A stretch of DNA of 63,589 nt, the filler included, from Collodictyon triciliatum (Eukaryota): NCBI GenBank assembly GCA_043381765.1. It is 7 parts of 7 records of this genome, joined end to end, with 100 filler letters (N's around TTAATTAATTAA, not from the genome) between each part and the next. Parts side by side here need not be neighbours in the genome. Positions count along the whole stretch, not along the records: positions 28,732 to 38,203 come from JBHJMP010002998.1; positions 38,304 to 47,817 come from JBHJMP010003001.1; 5 more parts are not named here. One strand, 5' to 3'. The stretch's first letter is position 1. Each line of letters starts with the position of its first letter. Both the position numbers and the translations under genes were made by a program. Below are positions 30,157-43,695 of the stretch, piece by piece. The notes beneath the pieces were generated by a model. It searched no databases. It had not been told where the DNA came from and saw nothing but the letters and a program-made list of their open reading frames with translations.

Positions 30157-30607
30157 NNNNNNNNNNNNNNNNNNNNNNNNNNNNNNNNNNNNNNNNNNNN
30201 NNNNNNNNNNNNNNNNNNNNNNNNNNNNNNNNNNNNNNNNNNNNNNNNNNNNNNNNNNNNNNNNNNNNNNNNNNNNNNNNNNNNNNNNNNNNNNNNNNNN
30301 NNNNNNNNNNNNNNNNNNNNNNNNNNNNNNNNNNNNNNNNNNNNNNNNNNNNNNNNNNNNNNNNNNNNNNNNNNNNNNNNNNNNNNNNNNNNNNNNNNNN
30401 NNNNNNNNNNNNNNNNNNNNNNNNNNNNNNNNNNNNNNNNNNNNNNNNNNNNNNNNNNNNNNNNNNNNNNNNNNNNNNNNNNNNNNNNNNNNNNNNNNNN
30501 NNNNNNNNNNNNNNNNNNNNNNNNNNNNNNNNNNNNNNNNNNNNNNNNNNNNNNNNNNNNNNNNNNNNNNNNNNNNNNNNNNNNNNNNNNNNNNNNNNNN
30601 NNNNNNN
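30157..30607. other. Intra-scaffold assembly gap (451 N, no linker)
   Basis: Plain N run without the TTAATTAATTAA core. Confidence 0.95.
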
Positions 30608-30685
30608 CTCTTTCTCTTTCTCTTTCTCTTTCTCTTTCTCTTTCTCTTTCTCTTTTAATTTTGAAGGAATCAATTTCTCGAATAA

Positions 30686-33600
30686 ATGGACGCCCTTATT
30701 CCTTCTCTATCTTCTTTCATGCAGGAGCTTCAGTCCGGATTTGCCAGACAACAGGATGAAATTGCTCAATTATCCAGTAGGAACAGAGATCTTGAACAGC
30801 AATTTCTGGTGATCAGGCTTGGTGAATCGGTTGGTGATATTCAATTCTGTTGTAGTAAAGGACATATGTCTTGCACTAAAACATACCGGAATGAAAGGAC
30901 TCATTTCATGAACTACATATCACAATACGTTTCCTAGGTTGGGAAAGTCAAAGGAAAAGAGGGAACTGTTGATATGGAAAATTTTGTTGGCCAAGGATTA
31001 TTTCAGCAGAATATGGGAATTTCTGGGTCTCCTCGTGGATCAAAGAAGCAAGGAGTAAAATTTTTCATTTTTTTCATATATCTCGATTAATCGATTATTT
31101 TTATAGACGACCAGAAAAACTTTGAATTCAAAACTATTATTAACAAAACACCATCAATAATTTTTTTCCACAAGTGATATGTGATATTTTCCAGCTTTTT
31201 AACCTGGTTAATGAATAGATGAAAGAAAGTAGAATGAGGGAGCAAGACCTTAAGGAAGTTACCTCTCGATTTGAGCACCAAATTGCTGATATTCACATAG
31301 ACTTATCCAAAAAGCAAGCAAACATGGACCGACAATCATTTCAAATCCATACGATGAAAGAAAAGGTCTAATCAACCTTCTTAACCCTATCCTTTCAATT
31401 TTTCTTTAGTTAGCTGTCGTATTTTTTTTTCTGTGCACTAAAAACAAAATATAGATGCGACTTCCTTTTTTTCCCCTTCTACCAATTCATATTATCCTTC
31501 TTGGACTACAGATGGAATCGATTGACGTTCGAGAGGAGATGAAAGATACACGAAAGAATGTTGATACTCAAGGGAACTCGTTAAAAATTTTACAAGGACA
31601 AGTGGCTGATATTTTAAGTGACACACGAATAAACGAACTTCAGATTGGATTTCAGGACCTGAGTTCAAAAGTAATTTCATCCACAATTTGTCATATTTAA
31701 TAAAAACTCGAAATTTGCAATCACATATAACACTAATATCATACAATATATTCATTTTATGTCCGATAATTAATATTTTTTTAATCCATTAGTTCTGTAA
31801 TTAAACGTAGCATGTCCTGTATGTGCGATGTTTTGATATAAATGTAAATGATTTTTCTATTCAACACACATTAGTTTAACACACTTCAAACAAGAACAAA
31901 TGCTTGGTTTACAGACCTTTCTGCGCAATTTGGTGCTTTGAAAGAAGAGGCTGCTCAGCATAAAAACATGATCTATGAAAAGCTATATGAAAGGGTTCGC
32001 GAGGATATTGCTAGGCAAACAAATCGCTGTTTCAAGGTTACCATTAGATGTGATTGTTTATATATATCTTTCACTCAATAATACATAAAACAGAATGTTC
32101 ATGTGTATAATTTTATAGGAACTGAAGCTTCTATCAGACCACTGCAGCATGAAATTTGATTCTTATGACTCTGATATGAATTATTTTCGTGATGAAGTTC
32201 CAAGGAAGGTTTTTTTTTTCCTCCCAGGAATTAGTTTTGTTGAAAAGAATAAAGAGGAAAAAAGCAAATTGTGCATTAGAACATCGTAAACATACAATTT
32301 ATGGATTGTAGGTCGACAGAGAAGACCTGGTAACAGGAATAGCTGATGTTGACCCAACCAAGTAAGTTAAAAGCTTAGTCCTTCTTACAAAATCTTCTCT
32401 GTCCATTCCAAAACATATATCGAAAGATTCAACCCTGTCTCTGAGACATGTCCTATCTTGTAGGATTACCAATTTTCGAAGTTTACTGGTATCACAAATC
32501 CTTCAAGAGATTCAAGACGGATTCGATGGGTCACTTGGATATCACTCAGGAACTGATGTATCATTCCTGATTGGAGATATGGGAAGTAAGTAGATTTATG
32601 CCTGTCTTATTATTTTCGTTTTTTTTTTCCTTTCATTTTTCTCTGAGGTAATAACCTCTTCGATCAATGATAACAAGTATTCAAGTGTACATGTTCTCAT
32701 AAGTGACTACTCATTTTGTTAAAAGTCCCGAGGATGAACCAAAAGAGTCGTGAATCCATATCTTTGGGCCATAAAACGGAAAAAGAAAAGCAGCAATTCA
32801 GTCTCAGGTATGAATCGGCAACTTTCACTCTACGTAATCTCTATCGTTTTGCACAAATTGAAAGGAAAAATAAAATATTTTTTTTCGCAAGATAAACACA
32901 TCACATTATTATCAATACCAAAATTATTATCCTATGTTTGATTCAAAGTTCAAGACAAATTTCGAATAATTGCTTTCATATATTATTTCTGCGTTCTAAT
33001 ATATCCATGACTCATCTAATTCAAATAGCCCTGAACTTGCACAAGCTACTTTTGAGATGGGAAATTCGAAATCTAGAATGCAATCAGTAAAAGAAACACC
33101 AGAGCAATCAGAAAGCACAAATCCGGGAAAACAAAAATCAAGTGGCAGGGCATCTCCAATATCAAGAGCGTATGAATATTTCATCTGTTGTTCTAAAGTT
33201 TTATCATAGTCACCCACTTGTTGCGGCTCTGCCATGCATTCCAATCTTGATACCAATAAAAAAATGGAATGACAAACAGTGATAATATGTAAAGTAAAAA
33301 TTAAATCACAGCTATTATTAGTAGTATTGTTATTTTATCGCCAATAGAATTGAGATATTTCTATTGAAAAAATAATAAAATAGGTTGTCTCCTGAACTGT
33401 CGGAGTCTCAGAAGCAAGGCCCAAGATCGGACAAGGCTAGTGTGTCGGAATCAAATCCACAAAATACCCCTTCGAACACCATGCACAGGATTGCATCAGA
33501 ATATGAAATGGAATCTCCGAAACACACCAACGATAATCTGTCCAGTACCCCGACCAATCCGGAGTATTCCAGAGCATCATCTCCTAAAGCAGATGCATCG

Positions 33601-35070
33601 AAGGATTCATCATTTCAGCAAGATACGCAACCAAACCAGGCTGAGAGACTTGCATCTGTTGGTGTGATTTGATACCAAATCTAAATCTGATGCAATTTTC
33701 TTTTAATTATTTTATTGCATACACAATAGGTTATGTAGCCTTCGAATTACTTGGTGCTCCCATAAACAACATTATTTTTTTTTATAATTATCTCACTATT
33801 ATTCCATTTTAGCAACACCAGTAGCGATAACTCCGCCCGAAATCAATTTTCCGCGCGATGGGAAACCACAAACTACTGCGCATGTAATTAAATGAGCTTT
33901 TTTTTTATCAATAATACGCATATATATGTCATGATATCCAAAAATGAATAAAAGTGGATTAGAAACCAATATTAGTAAGTTTGAGTTGTGATTCAAATAG
34001 AAAGATATTGACATCAAACAAGAAGGGAAATATAAAAAAAGAGAGAGCATAAAATGTGAAAGATAAATTTTTTTCTTTTTAGCTAATTGCCTCTAGCATT
34101 TATAAACTAAATGATACACTTTTATATGAATATCACTTTGCTCACACAGATGTCCACGCATATTCAATCTGTGCTAACCAAATTTTATGGTGTCAGTAAG
34201 TATTCTCGGTCTCAACCTCGATTCTATCATTAAATCACTTTACTACAATCAAGAGGAAAAAGAAAAAAAAAGCTCATTGACGTACTTGAAAACTTGAAAA
34301 AAATGCCTACAGTGGACATTGATTCTGGAGAGCAATTGAAAGCGCTTCTTCATCAGCTCATTCAAAAACTTCAAAAATTGCACACGGTTGCATTTTACAC
34401 TTACATAGTTCGATAAAATTCAATTTTGACGCCAAATAAATAAGCTGTTCAATTTGTAATTCCAAACCAAAAGATTTTTTGTGAGTTTTTTTCCCTCCTC
34501 CATAGTCTGATTGAAATTCATATACCCAGGTCGTTAATTTAAAGATGTTTCGTCACGAAGGCCGAATTGAGCTGGAAAAAAAGCTTTCGTCATCCATATT
34601 TGAACAAGTATACTTCTTTTTCTTTACCTTTGAGCAAGTATGGTTCTTTTCCTAATATTAAGTTAAATTTACTTTTTTCTATTTTTGTGTTGCTGTAAAT
34701 GATTGTAGGTCATGACCAATCTATTGCACCAATTGAAGCACAATCAGTTGGATATAAACGTGGAGATTCCACGTAATCAGACAAAGTCAAAGGCTAACGC
34801 CCCAAAGTCGAGATTAGAAAAGGTTGTGTCTTTATGCTATAAATAAAACATTTACCTACTGAACGAGACTGACTTTGTGTCATATAGGTGTTGCTTTTTT
34901 ACATTTTCTCTAATATGTCATCGCCTTTACTCTATTTTGTACAAGAGTTAATAATAAACCGCGAGATACACTCCTGATACGATAAACACGAATATCAGCA
35001 GACACCTGTCATATCACCAGCAAAGCGAGCCAGTACAGCACCACGACGTGATGACATGCAGTCCAGGTAA
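30686..35070 (+). CDS. Hypothetical multi-exon coiled-coil protein (possibly more than one gene)
   Basis: GT-AG-bounded exons: MDALIPSLSSFMQELQSGFARQQDEIAQL, MESIDVREEMKDTRKNVD, FGALKEEAAQHKNMIYEKL, and an S/P-rich exon at 33385-33662. Confidence 0.5.
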
Positions 35071-35254
35071 TTAAATAATAATAGCTTAGTAGACCAAAAA
35101 AAAAAAAAGAGAGAGAGAGAGAGAAGGAAGCGTGGATCGGATTGTATGGTTTATTGTAATACCTCTCCTCAAAAAAATATTATTGCTAAAGTTGTTCTTA
35201 CGATCACTTTAACTGCACCGAATCATATATTCAATTAAGGTTGATATCTCATCT

Positions 35255-35358
<104 letters not shown>

Positions 35359-37010
35359 TTTGGAAATGTCTTTTTATTTGACCCCTTTCTTCTTTTTCTC
35401 TCGCTCTTAATAGGATGGAGTATTTCCCCACATTGTAATGACCTCCAAGCGTTGGGATAGCTTTCTTGAAAGTACACAAATTCACGTATATACCCAAAAA
35501 TTGTTACTGCCTGGCTTCTGCATTTCTTTCTGTTGAACATAATTTCTCATCGAGTTCATAATAAGTGACCGCCAATCGACATTGAGAATTATTTATTGAC
35601 ACAGGTGCAGCCATCATCTCGAGTCTGACTCGTCTCGCTCTCAATTCTTTTTTCTTCACCACAACCATTTTCTTTGTCATCTTTGTCCTCTTTCAAACTC
35701 CCGCGCACACGAACGCAAAGATGTTGGTGGGTGGTATCTCTGGGATCCGGTTAAGTGGGAATTGCATCCATCAATAAGCTTCTGGGGAATGAAGTGAATT
35801 AAAATAACCATATGACACATGCGCGCCTGTGGACTGATGATTTGTATCTGATGGTGTCTTGATCTTGCCGAACGCATTAAGTTCGGGTTGCTCATACCAG
35901 AGCCGGATTTTCCAGAAGAAAACAACGGTAAACTGGAAGCAACGCCCCTTTCCACATAAGGTTGAACAAGATTTTCCCCATATAGAAAAAGAGATAGGCC
36001 AAGTATGGCAAATGACGAAGTATCCATTTTTGAAACCCGGAAATGAGCCCGAAATCATGACGTCATACCGGATAAGTGACCAAATTAATTTCAGCGAAAG
36101 TATATCCACATGTGGAATAAGTTCTAAATGGGCTATATCAGATGGAAATAGAAAGAGGGTATATACTGTCCCCTGGAGCACAGGGACATAATGAAAATAC
36201 AGATGTGGAAAAGACCTTATTTTTCTCTATCTGGCACATGGTCACGGCCTTATCCGATAAATATAGATATATTCAATGAATTATCCAAACACTTGGCCAT
36301 ATTGGTCAAGTGGAAAACTTCTTAATCAATCGAAAGATGCCTTTTTAGTAGGTTGTGATCTTACTTACTACCTATTAAGGAGAAGAGGAAAATTCCATAT
36401 AAACACAAAGTTCCTTTATGAAGCGAATGCTGCTGTTGTCCAATATCCATAAGAGGTTTGAAATTCGTTGTATAAGTCCCAAAAGAATCACATGTTGGCT
36501 CCAGGGCAAGCACACAAGGCGGCTATTTTTAATGAATTTGAATGACTTTAATTTTCGCTATCGACTTTGGTGTTGCTATTGCCTGGTTGGTGGCTATTTT
36601 TCTTTTCGTCTTTCTTTCCGTCTTTCTTTCAGTCCTATTTTTTTTTTCTTTGGCAAACTCGAGTCAGGGCTATTTAGCGACTCTCACTCACTCGCCCGTT
36701 TCGCCAGCACACTCGCCCGGGTCTCCCGTGTGTTCTTAAAGAGCGAAAGAGCCCGCTGCAAAAAGCAGAGGGATTTGCCGGCCGCCCGATTGGACACTCG
36801 CCGATGAAAACAGCGCCCCAACTCGAGACACGAAAGAAATAGTCCAGAAGAGCCGGACGAGGGCAGAAACCAGAGTCGGACGAGCCGGGAGGAAATAGAT
36901 TGATGAGAGGGAAAGAGAAAGACAGAGGAAGAGCGCAGCCATCCAAAGCCAGTCGCCGCAGCTATCCTCCACAGCGACTAATCCTTTTTCCCTTCTGTAG
37001 AGTAATCGCC

Positions 37011-37598
37011 ATGCAGCACTTTCGACTCCCGCTCGCCGCAACGCGCACCCCCGAGCCCATGGAACCACGCATTGAGCACAGCTTCTCCTCTTTGCAGAGC
37101 ACACCGCACACATGGATTATCCCGCCGCTGCGAGACTTTTCCACGCAACTACCGCAGATAGACTTTCAGGCGACTTCTCACCAGGCGATTTCTCTTCAGG
37201 CGATTTCTCCCCAGGCGATTTCTCCCCAGGCGATTTCTCCCCAGGCGATTTCTCTTCAGGCGACTTCTCCAGCCAAGGCCAAGACGCGTGGTGGGCGGCC
37301 CCTGAATGCGTTCCTCCTGTTCTGCCTGGAATGGCGTCCCCGCGTGCGGCAGCAGGACCCTTTCAGCAACAACAATGAGACTAGTCGCACACTCGGGCGT
37401 CTCTGGAAACAAATGCCCGAAGCGGCGCGTCTTCCGTACCAGCAGCGGGCACACGCCCTGCGCCAGTCCCATTGGGTCGACGTCTCCCCCCACGACTTTT
37501 CCGCCGCCCGCGACTTGTCTGCATCCTCGTCTGTGGCCCTGTCCACGCCCACGTCCACGTCCACGTCGGCGCCCCTCCGCTACTCGTTTGCTTTGTAG
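37011..37598 (+). CDS. Sequence-specific (SOX/TCF/MATA-type) single HMG-box transcription factor
   Basis: RPLNAFLLFCLEWRPRVRQQDPFSNNNETSRTLGRLWKQMPEAARLPYQQRAHALRQSH matches the RPMNAF..R....P..N.EISK.LG..W..L...K.PY...A..L...H consensus. Confidence 0.88.
   Translation: MQHFRLPLAATRTPEPMEPRIEHSFSSLQSTPHTWIIPPLRDFSTQLPQIDFQATSHQAISLQAISPQAISPQAISPQAISLQATSPAKAKTRGGRPLNAFLLFCLEWRPRVRQQDPFSNNNETSRTLGRLWKQMPEAARLPYQQRAHALRQSHWVDVSPHDFSAARDLSASSSVALSTPTSTSTSAPLRYSFAL
37167..37271 (+). repeat. Coding 15-bp tandem repeat x7 encoding QA(I/T)S(P/L/H)
   Basis: caggcgatttctccc units just upstream of the HMG box. Confidence 0.92.
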
Positions 37599-37804
37599 AT
37601 ACTTTTCCTCAACCTCCTCCTCTATGTTCCTTTTTTCCTCCTTCTTGTTTTCACTTTTTTTTTGTTGTGTCTTGTCTTGTTTTGTTTCTGACTCCAAACT
37701 TCTTCGTCTGAGCGATGCTCCCCTCGTAGCCTGACTTATTCTTTCATCGGTGCCTTAACCTGGACTATAAACATCTATTTCTATAATTAATTTAGTTCGT
37801 TGTG

Positions 37805-37867
<63 letters not shown>

Positions 37868-38203
37868 TGATTGGCTGTTCTGCTTTGGCAACGCGCCTTG
37901 TTCTCGCTTAGGTTTCTGTCAGTTGTTTGGCTGCTTCATCTACTGTTGCGGCCGACGGATGAGCTGTGTGTTTCTTTCCGGTGGGCAGAGAACGTTCGGT
38001 TAAACCTGTGAGCGCACTGATGGTTATTTGTTGTGCTTCACTCCTTCTGGCCGGTTTTTTTTTCCCCATCGCGCTTCTTTTCGCGTGGCTGTGTGAGCTA
38101 ATAGGCAGAAAATGAAATGCAATATATGGGATCGATGGCGGATAATATAATTGCAACCTACTAACAAAAAACAAAAAAAAACAAAAAAAACAAAAAAAAA
38201 CAA

Positions 38204-38303
38204 NNNNNNNNNNNNNNNNNNNNNNNNNNNNNNNNNNNNNNNNNNNNTTAATTAATTAANNNNNNNNNNNNNNNNNNNNNNNNNNNNNNNNNNNNNNNNN
38301 NNN
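38204..38303. other. Artificial contig linker
   Basis: 44N-TTAATTAATTAA-44N. Confidence 0.97.
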
Positions 38304-40132
38304 TTTTTGTTTTTGTTTTTGTTTTTGTTTTTGTTTTTGTTTTTGTTTTTGTTTTTGTTTTTGTTTTTGTTTTTGTTTTTTGTATTTTTGCCAGTACTTT
38401 TTTTTTTCCCTTGAATATGGCGCGTGTCTAGTCTCCACTCCCCTGAATGTCCGGGCTGTCTCTATCGCCTGTACATGAATGCATGTAGAGTTAGATTGTA
38501 TTGATACTTTATGTTGCTCGTTCAGACGGTCGTCACAGTGCACACACCGAAGGACTTAAGCGATGTAAGACCTCCCCCACTGATTGCAAATTTCAGAGGC
38601 GGATGTATATTCATTGTATAAATCCCAAGAAACAAGGTTATGAATGTGGCCTGTGTTCTCTTCCAAGGGATTCACTGGACTTTTAAAAACAAGGCCGTTT
38701 CATTAAGCTGATCCAACAACCTCCGTCAGCACTATCTCGTAGGGGTGGATATCTCATTAGCTATCTTCTCTTAAGCCAATTTGGTACTTGGGCATGGTCG
38801 ATTGAGCTTGTTCAAAAAAAATTCTGTGGCGCCAGGGGTCAGGCCAGCTTTTCATGACACAAACTGCAAGGCGACAGACGTATTGTAGATGCTTCAGAGG
38901 GACATTACAAAGTGATTATAGCCTTCTGTTATCAGAAAAATAGAAACAAAACAGCCCCAGCTATGCTCACAGATTCAAAAACAAATGTGAATGGAGCTAA
39001 AAGCGAATGAACCGAAAGAGCCTTTTTTTTTAATCTTTTTTTTGTGAAGTCCTCTTGTGATTCTTAGTGATGCCGAGTGTCGCAAGCGAATAGATGGTCG
39101 GCGGGCTGATATGCCTTTTGGCCCTTGCGCATAACACATGCGACATTATTTTCTTTGTTGATTTCTTTCCATCACCAGATTTCTGAATTCTTGCGTATTG
39201 CAGCGAAGACTGGGCTTCTGTTCCGTAGGAATAACCCAGGCGCTGTCTGGATAATCGAATAATCGAAAAGAACCCGAGAGTCTCGTAGAATAAGTCCAAA
39301 AGACAAGCATAAAGAAACAATGTGCAAAGGAATGTACAATATAGGTAGAATCATAAGGCTACACGGTAAAAATGACCCAATATGTATTCATCTTGCCGAA
39401 GATAAACCCATATATGGTGAATAGGCGCACGCGCAGCGAGGTCAATTCGCCAGGTATGCCAGCAGCAATCCGCGAAATACTTCCTTATTGAATTTGATAG
39501 ATGTGGAAAATAAATAATTATTTTCTATATTTGGTTGAATATCCTTTCGGTTGTGGGTCGGGTCGATACATAGACATATTTGGAAAATCGATTCCAGCAT
39601 ATTTCCAGCACCGAAAGAATAACGATAGCTGTATCGAAAATATGGGCATATTATCATATATAATAATATATTCGATATTTTTTTTTAATTTTGGCTTCTA
39701 TAATGACTAAAAAATTCTGATTATAAAATATAAATTGATTATAAATTATATTCCACATATATTACGATTCAGACCGTTTCGCTTAACAAATTTGGCGACT
39801 TCCGTTACTCCAAATTTTCCTTGTTTGTGCCAGAATAAGGCGAAGTGCGACGCGGCACACAGATCCATCTCTCACATCGATATGTTTGGGCCCTACCAAC
39901 CCACTTCCAATCAAGTTCTGTTTCTTCCTTTTGTTTTATTTCTCATTTCTTGATCGATTCTGTGTCTTGGCCTGCTGGAAACAGCGGCGGCCAAAAGGCA
40001 TTGAAATAAAAAAAAATTACAATGTATTCTCTATTATCATATTAAAGATGCGTACTTTCGTGTGCATTTACTCTTATTTCATTCTATCGTGTATACTCTT
40101 AATACCGGCCTGTATTTCTGGACAGATACATC

Positions 40133-42653
40133 ATGGAGGTTGAATCATCTGCCGACTGGGAGCTTTCCTTCTATTCTGTCACACACGTAGCTGCGAATGA
40201 GTTCCTTGTGAAACCACACTCGCCAAAATCCAAGGTGGATTCATATACCTGCTTTTTTTTCTTCAAGTTTTTGTTTTCTTTTGTAATCCCTCTGTGCTCC
40301 ACATCCCCAATGACTGGTTTCCTGGTAGTCGCAATTGTATTCACCTTTCCTTAGTCTCACCCTGCTAATTTTTTATTTCATAATTTCCGGTTCTCATGAT
40401 GAATTTCACATATTTTTTTACCTTCAGCAAAGGCTTTGGTTGTGCCTAGCTAAGTTTACTATCGTTCAATAGAGCGAAGCAGGAAAACTTTTTCCAGTAA
40501 ATGGGTCTGAAGCCCAAAGCCCTACCAGCGTTTCAAATACACCCACATTCCGGACGGCTGCAAGTGGGCAGACTCACAAACAATCTGGTGCTAATCACGG
40601 CGGAAGCTCATTTCGCAGCCGAAGTCACTCGGAGAAAGAGAGTGGCCACACCACGCGCCCTGACGTGCACCAATCCTTATCACAGATGCCAATGCATCAT
40701 CCGAATCAGACTCATAACAAAGAGCACGCTTCCCAACACCTTTTGGCTGATTGGGAAATTCCCCGAAAACAAGATGGCCATAAGAAGGTGGATACTTTGT
40801 TTGAAAGCAACGTTCCCCGTCATATGCAGCATTGGGCTACTGTACGTTTTTTTTTGTTTAGTTAAGAAAGATAAACAAGAGTATATATGTTTTAAACCTC
40901 TTTAATAACTTTTGATTGTAAAAGAAGTCGGGAAAATTATAAAATTATGATAACAATCGTCATTGTGATACAATTTGGCATAAACGAAAAGGCCATTTTA
41001 TAAAAAAAAATTAATCAGGGTGCAAATAAATCATCACTATATTATGCTTACACTTGAATTTATGTTCTGTTTACCAGATCGACCATGGATCAGGGCTTTA
41101 TGATTTTATGTCTCCGTCAAGGTTGATGGGTAAACCGATTGTATCACCAAGAGAAATTCCCCAAAAGATTAGCACTCGAGGAAAATCAGTGGTATTATGC
41201 CACTTGTCTATATATGTTTTAATTTGCAGTGAATTTTTAAGATGTAATTTTTATATGCATAACAAAATAGCCAATCAAATACAGATTACACACGGACCTG
41301 AAGCTGGCTATAAGCCAAAAGGTTTGTAAAATGTATACTTGTAGTAGTCTTCATCGATATGCTGGGATTGACCATTTCCTCCTTATCCATGTATGATATA
41401 TGTGTCTTGATTATTGTGTTGCATAATAATTAGTAGATATACCGTTTTTTGGATGTCTCTTTATTCTTTATTAACACACAATCAACACTAGGGCAATCTA
41501 TTTCACTTCCAGACTTAGTGCACTCAAGTAAGAGAGAGTCATTCAACCTACACCCCACTGGAGGGAAGAATAGCATGCCAGAGAATTCCCCGATGATATC
41601 TCCGTTGAAGGGTAGGCTTTATTTGTAAGTACTGCAAATAAGATCTTCTGGGTCAAGTAAGGTCATTTCTATAATACGTTTCTGTAGGGAGATTGAAGCC
41701 GTCATATGTCAAAATAAATTATGATGACATTCCCATCCCTCAAGGTATGCCATTAGAAATATCATTGTCTGATTTAAGAAATGTACGACTTAAACAATTG
41801 ACCTAAACACACTTGTCTATTTTTTATCCTTCCTTTCTGTTTTGTGCATAATGGCGGGGATAAAAAAGACTTGTCTATTATCACACAGTTTTTTTGACTA
41901 TGTATGCTCCTAAAATTGATAATGTAATTTGTCCAACTTCAAGAGAAAATCAAACCAGCCCAAGCAAGTGCTTCAAAGAAAAAGCCAATTAAAAGTATCC
42001 CAGCCGGGCCAACTGACGATGAAATAATTAAAAAAGCATTGAAGGGTACGATCTTGCTGGCCGTTGTTCTCTGGATTATAACAGAATCTTTAATCCGTGA
42101 TTATTTTTTTTTTACAGAGCTTGTCAATTTTAATTCAGAAAATTAAACAAATTTATCGCTCTGCGATGTCTATTTCGTACTTATTTGATAATCATAAATA
42201 ATTTTAGAGCAATTCAAAAAGTATGATCTGAATGGAGATGGTGTAATATCTAGAAAAGAAGCCGCTATGCTTTTGGAGCAGAATGTCGTCGATCAGGTAT
42301 GATTGTGTTGCATATCTTTTTGGTTCTTTTTCTTCATTTAAACTGGGCATCAACATATCACGAACTTTTCAGTCATAGATTGTTCTCATCTGGACTCTAT
42401 GCATATAAGGAAATATAACCCACTTGCATCATTTCATATACTTCTCTCCCTTGAAACTAATTTCACATTTTTTTTTCTATTTTCTTAAATCGAACAGGGC
42501 GCTGATATCAAAATTGCACTCGATTTCATCTTGTCGAAGATGGATTTCGATCAAGATCAAAAGATTAACTACCAAGAATACGAGCGATGCGTTTTGAAAG
42601 AACCCCTGCTCAGGGGATGTTTCGGTGGCTCTGGGCTCCAAAATAGATCTTGA
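40133..42653 (+). CDS. Multi-exon protein with disordered N-terminus and C-terminal EF-hand pair (NCS/calcineurin-B/calaxin-like lobe)
   Basis: QFKKYDLNGDGVISRKE and LSKMDFDQDQKINYQEYERCVLKEPLLRGCFG; TGA at 42651-42653. Confidence 0.78.
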
Positions 42654-42816
42654 GAAGTCCGAGAAGAATATAGGAACACTGTTGTGGGTTGAATCCAAAT
42701 GCCTTGGTTTTCTCAAAGCTTTGGGCATTGAGTCTAAAAGTACAAATGAAACCGCCACAAGTTGCTTTTGGCGACTCTCATACCGCCAGAGAGATTAGTG
42801 CTTACTTTGGGTAGAC

Positions 42817-43695
42817 TTTTTTTTTCCCTTTATTCGATTCTAAGTGTAGCGAGGTTATGCCATACAAAGGGGCGGGATGGGAGCGGATGGGAGAGAGCAA
42901 ACGCGAGTAGGAGAAGACACTACCGTGGAGAGGGTAGCACTGGAAAGAAATCAGTGATAGCGAGCTGGTCAGGTGGGCGTCCCAACTGGTTGATTGGTTG
43001 CGTGGGTAGCAGGGGTTGGATGTGCTGTGGGAGATATCGCACGACACATTCCCACATCTCTCTTCGCTTGCGGTCAGAGTAGCGAAGAATGCGAGCGTGT
43101 TTCAGCAGGCTGTTCAGGAAGCTGTATTGCACGAGGCTTTCAAGCCGGGATACATCATTTTCTCGTTCAGGTGGATAACTGGAGCGAGAGAATGCACGCA
43201 CACTGCATAAGGCCCACAGCATATGTCCCCTTGTGACTGTCCAGAGTATCCTAGAGTCGTGGGTCATTTGGTATTGTGGGCCAAACATGATGTCTGACGC
43301 CCTGAGTCGGTTGGGAGCATAATCAAGCTCAGAGAGCATCTTGTGGGTCGATTCTGTCATTTTTTTGAGCAAGAGAGTACTTCACAAATGTGTGTTCGAT
43401 AGAGTCATCTCCGCTATGGCACATGGTGCATTCTGGAGAGGTCGCTGCTGCATGGACTACGCGCGCACCTATCCACAGCTCTCTGTTGGAGATATTGAGA
43501 AGTAGGGTGAGGTGTTTCGGGAGAAGCTGGGGAGGGGGGCTTGCGTCTCTGAATGAAAATCGTGCTTTTTTTGATTATGCAAAGTTCTTCTCTTCTTGGA
43601 TTATCACTTGTTTGAAGCACGAAGAAGCCGTCTCCTTCTCTCCACCCGGTGTTGCAACGGCCTCAGGCAAAGTATGCGCTCTTGTGATAACTTGA
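42817..43695 (-). mobile_element. 5'-truncated, decayed L1/Tx1-like non-LTR retrotransposon: ORF2 C-terminus, 3'UTR and A-tail
   Basis: LLPKHLTLLLNISNRELWIGARV...PECTMCHSGDDSIEHTFVKY is a zf-RVT-like CCHC knuckle with the last Cys as Tyr; one in-frame stop and a frameshift; ends AATAAAGGG(A)9. Confidence 0.82.

Noticed and set aside
32238-32264. Plus-strand look-alike of the LINE 3' motif (ttgaaaagaataaagaggaaaaaa)
   Set aside because: Several mismatches and no flanking direct repeat; a chance match in AT-rich intron DNA.
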